Program-made: the position numbers and the translations under genes | Source: Fimbriosthenelais zetlandica | Taxonomy: Eukaryota | Assembly (NCBI GenBank): GCA_977030845.1 | Contig: OZ365114.1 | Coordinates: 26,474,001-26,538,000, forward strand | Direction: 5' to 3' | Length of the DNA stretch: 64,000 bases | In this document: one piece after another, positions 54,490-64,000 of the stretch | How positions within the stretch are numbered: position 1 is the stretch's first letter | Layout: each line of letters starts with the position of its first letter | The notes under the pieces: generated by a model | What the model saw: only the letters and a program-made list of their open reading frames with translations | Database searches by the model: none | Told to the model about the DNA's origin: nothing

Positions 54490-56063
54490 ACATAATCTTA
54501 CTTTCCCATCATCCTTTCTTTTAGATCCAATTATCCATTTTGTTTGTACAGATCATGGAAAACCGAAGTAACTGAACTTTAATGAAACATTCACATTTTT
54601 TTCCTTTTGGTCTTTTGCTATTGGTTTTCATGATGATTTTCGTATTATTATATTCCTTTTTTGATATGTACCAGAGAAAATTGTAGGGATACAAGATGAT
54701 AATATCCAGCCGTGCAGAGTGGGATTCCAGATACATAGTAGTGGCGTTGTCAGAACTATGAAGCATTGCTCTACAAAAGCAGTACCAAAAATCATCCTTC
54801 CAAGAAAGGACCAGAGTGTTAGTATAGGCTACATATGCAATAAACTTCCTTTTAAAATTTCCATTAGATATTGCACAGTAGATGGATACACTAATGAAAT
54901 CATCCAGAAAGATTCTATTTTATCATTGAAAGACATAATTAATGATATAAAAATATTACGTTTTTGTTCTCCGATGCAGTTTGTTTGGTACCAGACTTCA
55001 CTGATAGGTGATGCTCCTATTTTGGACTCCTATTGGAGGAGCGGGCACACGCAGCTCAGTGCTACCACCTGACGGGCAAATCGTGAATTACCCGCGGACC
55101 ACCAGGTGGACACCTAGCTCCTTGGTTGCCTTGGTTACAGCTTGTTTTGTTCATGATTGTAAGGGGCCATCCTCCCCTGGCCTGTTCCTCTGATAGACAG
55201 GTTCCCAATCAGTATGTTAACTTTTAGCAAGTGACTCACAAAATGAAACTGGCGCGAAATGTTATAATATGACATGTGTTGCCTATGACGAGGCAATACA
55301 ACAGCTCAACCCAATGGCTGTCCACAGCCATGTTACAACATTGATTGAAGAAAACTTCAGCCTTCCCATATAACGACGACGTATCATAACGATGATCCAG
55401 CGTTTGTATAACGTAAACGGTAGTAGCAAATGAACACTGTGTTATATTCACAGACATAGGGACAGGCTTCCGTATTATCCCAACTTGTTGTGTTTAGTTG
55501 TATTTTCTATACTTGTTTATCCTTGTACCTACATTGAGAAAGGACACCAGGCCCTCTACAGTGAGTTTTCATACGTCCAGCACTTGTACGACACCTATAG
55601 GTGCCATTGAACAGACTATCAAAATGCTTGTGGCGCCCCCTTGTACTCGGTTAAGACACCAGACTTCTCCTTATCACCAAGTGGAGACGCCTCACGGCAA
55701 GGCTGGCAGTTCCTATCACCGGAAGAAGTAAACCTGTTTCCGGTTTTCCTCGATAACGGCACTGTTATAGCATCTCAGCATAATGGTGGTCGTTTTCATG
55801 AAGTATTTTGCAAACCTCCACAACACATTCAGAGACTCTCTCAAAGAGAACGCAACATCCTTACATGTTACCTCCCATGTGTGTTTCTATCCGTTGGGGT
55901 TCAATTTGAAAGTGTCCTGACACTTGGTGGACACGGAAGCAAAACGATTTTCGGGCTCTGTGCCTTATACTACAGAGTCATATCTCTTTGTTCATACAAG
56001 TGTATATATAATATGTACAGATATATATACAGGCATATGCACAGAGTGGCCCTGGTAGCTACA

Positions 56064-56240
56064 CTATCCTATGATGTAAGCTAGCCAGTAGACAAGGTTA
56101 AACGAGAGGAAAGCCAGTGGAAACAGTTTTCTCGACAATTTGTCGATATAGCGGGCTTTATGTCGCCCCTCAGGGTCTCTGACAAAACGCTTCTCTCGAA
56201 CCTCCCGGAAATCACGACCGTTATGTGTCACTATATTAAT
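56064..56240 (-). CDS. Cys-loop channel last coding exon with M4 and stop (INIVTHNG...IDKLSRKLFPLAFLSFNLVYWLAYIIG*)
   Basis: Acceptor ctttctctttttcag|. 177 bp = 58 codons plus TAG. Matches the ID-x-x-SR-x-x-FP-x-x-F-x-x-FN-x-x-YW M4 pattern. Confidence 0.96.
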   Translation of the reverse strand: MNIVTHNGRDFREVREKRFVRDPEGRHKARYIDKLSRKLFPLAFLSFNLVYWLAYIIG

Positions 56241-57752
56241 CTGAAAAAGAGAAAGATACATCCTGAGTATTAATTACCACAGAAAATATGATTATAACAT
56301 TAAGAATCAATCAGAGAGTTTAACCAACAGACAAAGTTAAGCTTGAGATTATGCATGGAAGGAACTGCCATGTTGAATCGTTATTCATCCCCTGATGATA
56401 CATTATTATGCTATATAAGCTGTTTTATAAAGCTATGATTGATTGCTTGTATGCAATGTGATTGTAAGGAGCAGTATATATCCCACACTGGATGTCCATG
56501 CATTGACTTCACCAAAGCATGCACACAAGTTATATAATGTGAGGAACCTTCTTCATAATCAAAACGATAGAGGAAATAAATTGGTCGAGAATCAAATAGT
56601 CAAGCAAGACAATTAAATTCCATTGATGAAAGTGATAAACTGGTGCTTGATGTGATGGTTATAAATGCGCTTTATCAATATTGGTGGGAGAAGAACCAAT
56701 AGATTATTTCCTGCCAATTTACTTTAATGTTTCAGCAAACAAAAGGACCACATCAGTGCATAAGGATTATACAACTGGCTCTCATATTTAATGTTTTATA
56801 GGCCTCTCTTAATAAATGACTATGTTTAATACGGCTGGTTTTGTTTATAATTGAAAAGAGAAAGAACGTAACTTTGGTGGAGAACCCAAACATGGTCACT
56901 ATATTTATAGAACTCCAACAAATTCCTTCTTGTTACATTTTAGCCGTTTTGAATTTTCCATGCCATCACTAGAAACTGTTACTTTTAAAACCTATTGACA
57001 AACTTTACATTGAACCATGACAATTGTTTGATTTAAATATTAAATAAATGTGAAAACTCAAGGTGGAGGAATGTGTTCCTTTCACATGCACCGGATACTG
57101 TAACTCCGAACTTGGTGTCAATTAGTTGCATGGATGTAACAAATGAAAAGATAAATAAGGCAAAGGATGGGAACTCCAAACCAACACATGTATATTGAAA
57201 TCAAACGAGAAAAAATAATAAAAAAATGTCGGGACAACGGCAAAGAATAATCACAAATAGACAAACTAGTGAAAGCATTACAACGTACCGGCATGTACTG
57301 TTGGGAGGTGAGTAGGAAAAAATATGAGAAACAGTTATTTTTCATGTGGTTATTTAGTCAGCCTGGTTATTATAATATCTAACTAAATAGGCAACTTCCA
57401 TAACGCCCAAAGGCTCAGAGGCTTTTAAAGCATCCCGCGCGAGGCAATGAATTGCGAAGAAGGAGGAATGTGTTTAGAACTAAGAATGTGATGGGTATCG
57501 TCTATTGAGTAACTAAAGCTGCTTCTGTTTGGCTATTGATAAAAAAATGTGCTGCATAAAATCTGACCCAATAGTTGGCCTGCACAAGGTTTGCCTGAAT
57601 TTATGGTCTACTGCATATTTTAGACAACTGCTGATAACAGAGCATCAAATGAGGTGGCAGTATTGATGAACTTATTGAACTAACACTTTATGAGTTGAAA
57701 TGCTAAGGATCTCAAGGAATAATAACAGTAGTTGTTACTATAAAATGCTTAC

Positions 57753-58144
57753 CTGTTCAAGCGCTATTTCCTCATCCCGCCCTCCTGGCCGTCGCCGGAA
57801 ACTGTTCCGTCGGTTTTGTCGGACCTCTTTGCGCGAGAATACATTAACTACAGCAAACTCTAACAAAGAAGCAAAAACAAACAATAGGCAAACGGACATC
57901 CAGACATCAATGGCCTTGATGTAGGAAACCCTGGGAAGCTGGGATCTGGAGCCGGTACTCTGGGTAGTCATGGTGAGTACGGTGAGCAGGCCCATGGTGA
58001 CACGGGCCGGTATGGCGTCTATAGAGATCCAGAAGGCGACCCAAGATAGGATGACGATGAGAACTGAAGGGACATAGAGCTGAATCATGTAGTATCCTAT
58101 GTCACGCTTCAGGATGAAGGCTGCCTCCAAACAGGGGTAGGCAC
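57753..58144 (-). CDS. Cys-loop channel exon encoding the end of loop C, M1, M2, M3 and the start of the intracellular loop (GAYPCL...[17 protein letters not shown]...AIDVWMSVC...EIALEQ)
   Basis: Acceptor ccttcacccactag| and donor cag|gtaagc. 392 bp. The PAR motif before M2 indicates anion selectivity. Confidence 0.98.
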
Positions 58145-58335
58145 CTAGTGGGTGAAGGAAAGTGAAATAGATTCAGGTTATGCTCAGTGGGGACAGGATA
58201 AGGGGTTGGTTATCAAAGTGAAAATTGTGCTTTAAATAGACCTATACTGTTAGTTCAACACTTGATTAAATAGATTCCTACACGTGAATTAAGTAGAATT
58301 AAGAACTTAACTTCACACTTTTGGTTAACACTCAC

Positions 58336-58467
58336 CTGTGGTATAGTTTTGTGAGCAGTCACTTAGGCTAAAGTTTACCATACTGAACTGGGGTAGTTGG
58401 ATGGTCTTTTCGAATTCTACCGGCTTTGGCAGCCACCGGTAGACAATGTGGTCCATTGTGTAACCAA
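58336..58467 (-). CDS. Cys-loop channel exon: (F)GYTMDHIVYRWLPKPVEFEKTIQLPQFSMVNFSLSDCSQNYTT(G) (loops B, F, start of C)
   Basis: Acceptor tgtaatgtttcag| and donor |gtgagt. 132 bp. Contains (S)FGYT, LPQF and the first loop-C cysteine. Confidence 0.96.
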
Positions 58468-60230
58468 CTGAAACATTACAAAGCAATTTAGGATTTGCTA
58501 AAAAAAACTCATTTGACGTTGATCAAACTTCTAGATACAGTGTAGTGTTATTGCCCGTGTTATTTCTATCAGTACATATCTACTCCATCCTCCCACCTCT
58601 CCCCAACTGCACTAGAACTTAGCAGACAGAGTAGCCCCTCCTCCCTCTCTTCCATCAACTATTGATTTATCTACTAGGTGTAAGATGTTCCAAACATCTA
58701 AGTTCACAGCTCAGCTACACCAGTGCTGTTTCATCATCTGGATCTAAGATACACCTAGTTGTAATATGATTTTGATCTACTGTAACATTATCTTGCGATA
58801 TCGAGCCACCACTGGTAAAAGGTAACATCATGAAAAATAACTGACCCTTATAAAAGTGTGTTTACTATTCAGAAAACATTGAAAAGAATCTGAAAGTAAG
58901 CAAAGTCAGCCTTGAGCTGATCTAAAATGATTGGTTCAAATAACAAATATGCATTATGTAATACAAGACACATAGATAAAACTGAGAGAAAACTCTGAAA
59001 TAGTGCATCTAGTGAATTTTGAAATGATGTGTCAATTTGCAACACACATACTTCTGAACCAATGTTATGTTATGTTATGACCATCACGGAAACATACTTA
59101 GTGCTTCTTTTGATGGAACAAGTCCCAGATATAAGGTTACATGTACATGTATACACAACTTACCAGTATAACCAATATAACACCTATAAGCCAGGATGTG
59201 TGGGCGGATATCGATGGAAGGCAATCACATTATCCGCCCAGCCCAGTGTACCTGAGACCATCTGTAATCAGGCCTCGCCCCCCTCCTCCTCCATGTCCAC
59301 CCCTAATTTACCCCTCATACCCCAGGCCAATATGATCATCTTCAAGTTTTATCAAGGCTGGTCATGTTTGCTAATTCTCCAGTACATACCAACACCAGTA
59401 TCTGCCCATACAAACTGACCTCTGTACAAGGTCGGAACAAAAGATCTATCATCCGATATATTGAAGCAAATTGGGAATGAATTAAAAAATGCACTAAGAT
59501 CATTTGATGCTTCTCTCAAAGACCTTGAGACCATAAAAACACCAGAATGAAACTAAAAAAAATGTGTTTCACAATTCGAATCATGGAATGGAGCTATACC
59601 TACAAAGGTATATATATTTGGAGCATGTATGAAATGAATGTCCATCTAAATTCTAATATTATTCTTTCTGGTTCTATGTAAGAATTCCATTGTTGTGGGC
59701 TGTATTTTTTTATGTTGGAAAGATGTTTTATTTATATATCATGCATACTGTTGGTACAGTTACAGTCTTTCTACCCTAGCCTTAGGACTCCAGTACCATC
59801 ACGCCACCTGGCATTACCTTAATGAACCGCCTGGGGGAGCCACTCTATTGAATAGTATGTGATTAAATCTCCTTGTTTATAGGTTTATTTACATCTTCAA
59901 CAAGCCTTGCCAGGTAAACAACATCTGATGTTTTCATTAGCACTAATTCAGTCATTCACACTTTTTCCCCAACAATAATGAGGCATGATTGTCTCCATAG
60001 GACAATCAAAGGAATTGGGTCAGTAGCTGAGAAACATAACCCAATAAGTATATATCTGAAAATCTCTCGGTTGTTCTTGAATTGGAGGAAAATCGGAGTG
60101 ATATGACTTGATGTCAAATCCTTTCTTTGAGCGACTTTCTTCTATATCTTGATCATGCAAGGAAATGTTCAGTGAACACACAGTTGAAGAAACTGTTGTT
60201 GGATATTAGGTATTAAAATAGTTTACTTAC

Positions 60231-60313
60231 AACTTTCAAACATCATCGGACATGTTTGTGTATCCAGTGGATATTTATGTAGCATCATCGGACATGATAA
60301 CGTAGCTGTAATT
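60231..60313 (-). CDS. Cys-loop exon: (K)ITATLSCPMMLHKYPLDTQTCPMMFES(F)
   Basis: Acceptor cttttccttcag| and donor |gtaagt. 83 bp. Contains the C-x13-C Cys-loop with YPLD. Phase 2 in, phase 1 out, matching both neighbours. Confidence 0.97.
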
Positions 60314-60490
60314 CTGAAGGAAAAGATTGGTGTTCTAGTACGAACTATCATACAGAATTAGGTCTACTAGTATTTCTTGGCATTTCCCGAACAATATAGG
60401 CCTACTCCAGGATTTCCTAAATATCTAAACTTGTGATTTTATTATAATTACGAATGTAGTATTTTTGATGGAAAGGCAATTGGTACTTAC

Positions 60491-60723
60491 TTTGAGACGT
60501 ACCATATCCGTCCATTTTGGTGTAAAAATATCAGTCTATTGGGTGTAGTAACTTTATGATATGATGCTTTCTTTTCATTTCGAAAGAAAACATCAGGAGT
60601 CCATATTTTATCCCACATATAATCTTCTAATTTTATTTTTTGCTCCTCCTCTCCATTGAACGGTTTGAATTTTAATCTAGCATCTGTCCATTGTTGTCGT
60701 AAATACATATTTAAAGAATAATC
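60491..60723 (-). CDS. Cys-loop anion channel exon: DYSLNMYLRQQWTDARL...IWTPDVFFRNEKKASYHKVTTPNRLIFLHQNGRIWYVS(K) (loops D, A, E)
   Basis: Acceptor tttttatttcag| and donor |gtaagt. 233 bp. Contains the canonical W-x-P-D-x-F-F-x-N-E-K motif. Confidence 0.97.
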
Positions 60724-61024
60724 CTGAAATAAAAAATGGATTCAGTATCAATATCTCATAGACAAAAGGCTGATTTATAACATGACATGAACCAGATCAG
60801 AAATATATGGATACCATTATTTTCAGAGGTCAAAAACTATAGAGTAATAATGACATTTTAATGATACAATCCTCTTGAAACTATTTTGAGAACTGAATCT
60901 GGTAGCATGCTATCTAATAACAATTGTTTTTGGAATGGAATATTCTGATAATACAATTATTATTGATAATATATTTGCATGTTTAATATTGTTAAGATAA
61001 CAAAAATGGGAATATTATAGTTAC

Positions 61025-61092
61025 CATTGTTTGTTCACTAATGGCGTAGAAACTGTTTATGTATATTCCCAATTCGACCATCGTCGGTCCAC
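61025..61092 (-). CDS. Cys-loop anion channel exon: (G)GPTMVELGIYINSFYAISEQTM (beta1-beta2)
   Basis: Acceptor ttattgtag| and donor |gtaact. 68 bp. Too short to appear in the ORF track; joins in frame to DYSLNMYLRQQW. Confidence 0.92.
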
Positions 61093-62279
61093 CTACAATA
61101 ATTAATCTGTATTAGGCAAGGAAAGAACATTTAATTTAACAACACACAAAAAAATACATCTCAGACTAGAATCATATCTTTAGTACTAGAATAATCTGCC
61201 TTGGCTCATGCGTTTAGTTACTATTTCATGTTTTCCATTGATTTTTGATGATTATGGCTGTCATCGATGGTCTATTACTGCATCAATCAAATGGATGTAA
61301 TCGCCATGGAAACAATCATTTTAACCAATCAACATCAACTACTTAATGAGCAAAGTGCCCATGCGTGCTTTAACTTTTCAGCCCACTCTTTTATCAGCCA
61401 GATATTGGAGATAGAAAGCTTTATAATTTTCAATCATATATATCTGTATGTTAGCTCACTATAATACGCGCTCACAATTACATATTACTTTGCAAAAAAG
61501 AACATATCGCCAATTATCAGTTTTATAAGGTGCGTTCTGCCATCTAATCTGAATTGTTCGGCAGGGTTTCACTGCCTAAAAGGAATCAGGTTTGTAATGT
61601 TACCTCTACACATGGAAAAAGAACACCAACACTCCAAGGGCACAAACAATTTCTGCGGGAGTAGAGAAACTTCAAAACGTTTCAGGTTGAATGGAAAAAA
61701 TACGGGTATCCAAGGATACTCTGTTCAAATGAAAGCTAGGACACGTCTTCATCTAAAATCTCAACATGCAAAAAAAACTATTTTCAAGGTTTCTCTACAA
61801 ATGGTTCAAAATCCATGAAAACTTATAAAGATTCATGAAAAAAAGATTCAGTTTAAGTTAGAGTCTATAAACAAAAAGGGGGAAGGTGAATAATCATTTT
61901 CCACCGAGATAAAAATGGGATATTTTCCAAAGAGAAAATACAAAAAGAAAGTATTTATCCTAGGTCTCTATAGGGGCACTTCACATCTTCACAATACTTC
62001 AACAAACTCTAGCCTTCCATTGGACAATATGAAATGAACATTGTTGATCTATCTCCCATATTGCCAGGAATGAATCGATTATGTTTCATTTCAAGCAACC
62101 AGGACTTTTAAGACAGCATGGGGCCACAGGAACTGTGAAAAGAATTTGCAAACTTGATGCAATTAACATGCATTTTAACATGACGATCCCGCACACCTGC
62201 CACCACCCATCAACAAATATTTTCATGAAGAAAATATGTTATAATTTCATTCCATCACTCATAATCCAAATGACAATAA

Positions 62280-62810
62280 TTTTTTTTTGTATGTGGAAAT
62301 GTATAGATTCTACCGAAACAAACTAATCCAAATAAAAGTATTAAACCACAGGCTAAACTGCCTCAGCTTCGAGTACAGAAATTCATCAATTAATCAAGAT
62401 GATTTTCATAATACTGGTAAATTATTTGAAAATAAGGTAAATTAAAGAATGTGTACTCCTTTTGATCACCGTGAAAAGGAATTTTGATATATTCCTGTTC
62501 AATGATATAATAAATATTACTAAAGCAATCTTCATCTCTTTCATCTTTTTTTTTGTATGTGGAAATGTATAGATTCTACCGAAACAAACTAATCCAAATA
62601 AAAGTATTAAACCACAGGCTAAACTGCCTCAGCTTCGAGTACAGAAATTCATCAATTAATCAAGATGATTTTCATAATACTGGTAAATTATTTGAAAATA
62701 AGGTAAATTAAAGAATGTGTACTCCTTTTGATCACCGTGAAAAGGAATTTTGATATATTCCTGTTCAATGATATAATAAATATTACTAAAGCAATCTTCA
62801 TCTCTTTCAT
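62280..62810. repeat. Exact tandem duplication of 265 bp inside a channel-gene intron
   Basis: 62280-62544 and 62546-62810 read identical base for base and are separated by a single C at 62545. Confidence 0.97.
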
Positions 62811-63511
62811 ATGCCAGATGTAGATATTAAAACTAAACTACAACTTATATAACTGAAAGGGTAGATGTGTCAAAATGATGGTCAGAAATGAATTGAATGA
62901 TTTGCCCAAATTAAAAGCAGATGTAGAAGACATTCTAGTCGGTAGATGGAGTGATTGGTACACAGGTGAACGGGACCTAATGACATCACAGGACATGTTC
63001 TGTTACCGATCTTAACTTGATTAAGGCATAGGTGCTGTAACCTCAGCAAGTTCCTCTGGAACTTACTGTTTTAGAGAGCAAACGAGCTGTGATACCCGTA
63101 AATAGCCATAACACAATGATTTCATCCATGTCATCCAACTTACAGACTAGTGCCATTCTGAGCACAATCATATATTTTGAAGAACCTTTCACAAAAACAT
63201 GTGTTGCACCCCAAATAATTATATTTTGCACCCAATAGTTTCTCTTTATCATCAGCTCGTTATAAGCCTTTTTTTCTGAAAATACAGGGCCAACAAGGAT
63301 GATTGGGATGGGAGGAATAGGCGAACAAAGTTTGACCACAGCGCATCGCTGCGCGCACACCACTGACTTCAGCATGGACTGAATACCACTCATCTTTGGA
63401 GAAAAATTGGGATAAAAAGGATCAAAACCAAAGCAGTATATATATATATGCACCATGCTAGTTAACTGTCAATAAGACTATGAACAAATAATTAATGAAT
63501 TAAACTGGAGA

Positions 63512-63928
63512 GCGCATGCGCTAGGATGTTACAGCACCTACACCAGCGGAAGTATGGAGTCGGCGCGGGGAGAAATAGTGGATGGGGGATGAAAGGAACC
63601 AAGAAAAATGACTAAAATAAAAAGCAGTGACGCTGTCGCAATGACACATAGAGCAGTTATGGTGATGCCATCTTAATGGTTTATTGTAGAACACACAACT
63701 TTTATTTATTGGTGAGAAGGGGCAACAAGCGCAAGCGGGAATCCGCAGTAGGAATCCTTGCGGACCGGGGCCAGTCTTACCAATTGGAGGCGGACGTCTT
63801 TCATACTTTCGTAATAGCTTCCTCATGACCACTTTTCTGAAGAGAATGAAATAGTTCATAAAGATAGTGCCAGGACACATACCATCGACTGACCAACCTG
63901 CTGCGATCTGCCAACAACCGCCATTTTG
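63512..63928. promoter_or_regulatory. Promoter-like motif cluster around the most 5' identified channel exon (NRF1, ETS, YY1)
   Basis: GCGCATGCGC 63512-63521, CGGAAGT 63547-63553, CCGCCATTTTG 63918-63928. CpG-rich compared with the flanks. Confidence 0.4.
63781..63836 (-). CDS. Cys-loop anion channel (GluCl/GlyR-like), most 5' exon identified: (x)KVVMRKLLRKYERRPPPI(G)
   Basis: Minus-strand acceptor ttcattctcttcag| and donor |gtaaga. 56 bp, phase 2 in and phase 1 out, joining in frame to exon 61092. The peptide matches the N-terminal helix plus the Y-[DE]-x-R-x-x-P motif of pLGICs. Confidence 0.8.
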
Positions 63929-64000
63929 GTAGAAAATCCACAGCGATTACTTCAACCCCAATTTGTCTTTCTTCATTTCCTCTTTCCAAATTGCCGAGAG

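Noticed and set aside
59141-59335. Proline-rich ORF in a channel intron as a nested gene
   Set aside because: It derives from a C-rich patch, three overlapping ORFs are open, and there is no homology or exon chain.
60241-60296. 14-bp direct repeat covering both Cys-loop cysteines (CPMM twice)
   Set aside because: Largely explained by protein constraint and single-codon Met; not evidence for a duplication event.
63043-63456. 137-aa minus ORF as a signal-peptide exon (hydrophobic end, aca|gtaagt donor) or as a Rho-like fragment (PIILVG)
   Set aside because: It lies inside the 63780-61093 intron. Its donor is phase 0 while the next exon needs phase 1, and the phase-1 frame has a stop. No G-box motifs accompany PIILVG.

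Overview
Animal (eukaryotic) genomic DNA, AT-rich, not prokaryotic. The only well-supported protein-coding gene is a minus-strand, intron-containing Cys-loop anion channel. Seven exons were reconstructed by hand (63836-63781, 61092-61025, 60723-60491, 60313-60231, 58467-58336, 58144-57753, 56240-56064). All have GT-AG boundaries and compatible phases and give about 379 aa ending at a TAG; the signal-peptide exon(s) were not found. The loop-A arginine (PDVFFRNEK) and the exon sequences point to a lophotrochozoan-type glutamate-gated chloride channel, so the host is probably a mollusc, annelid, nemertean or similar (inference). The other ~55 kb has no credible ORF. It holds a heavily decayed Ty3/Gypsy gag-pol relic (~46.9-50.1 kb, minus), two opposite-orientation copies of one MITE, a possible third older MITE, three minisatellites (21, 35, 50-53 bp) and an exact 265-bp tandem duplication. 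The most unusual structure is at 41.46-42.18 kb: six 78-bp GAGACC...CTCGAG...GGTCTC palindromic cassettes with alternating short and long spacers and a 480-bp higher-order period. Several RFX X-box, NRF1, ETS, CRE, YY1 and CTCF-like motifs and a few orphan exon-like segments are also present. All calls were made by eye; no database searches were run.
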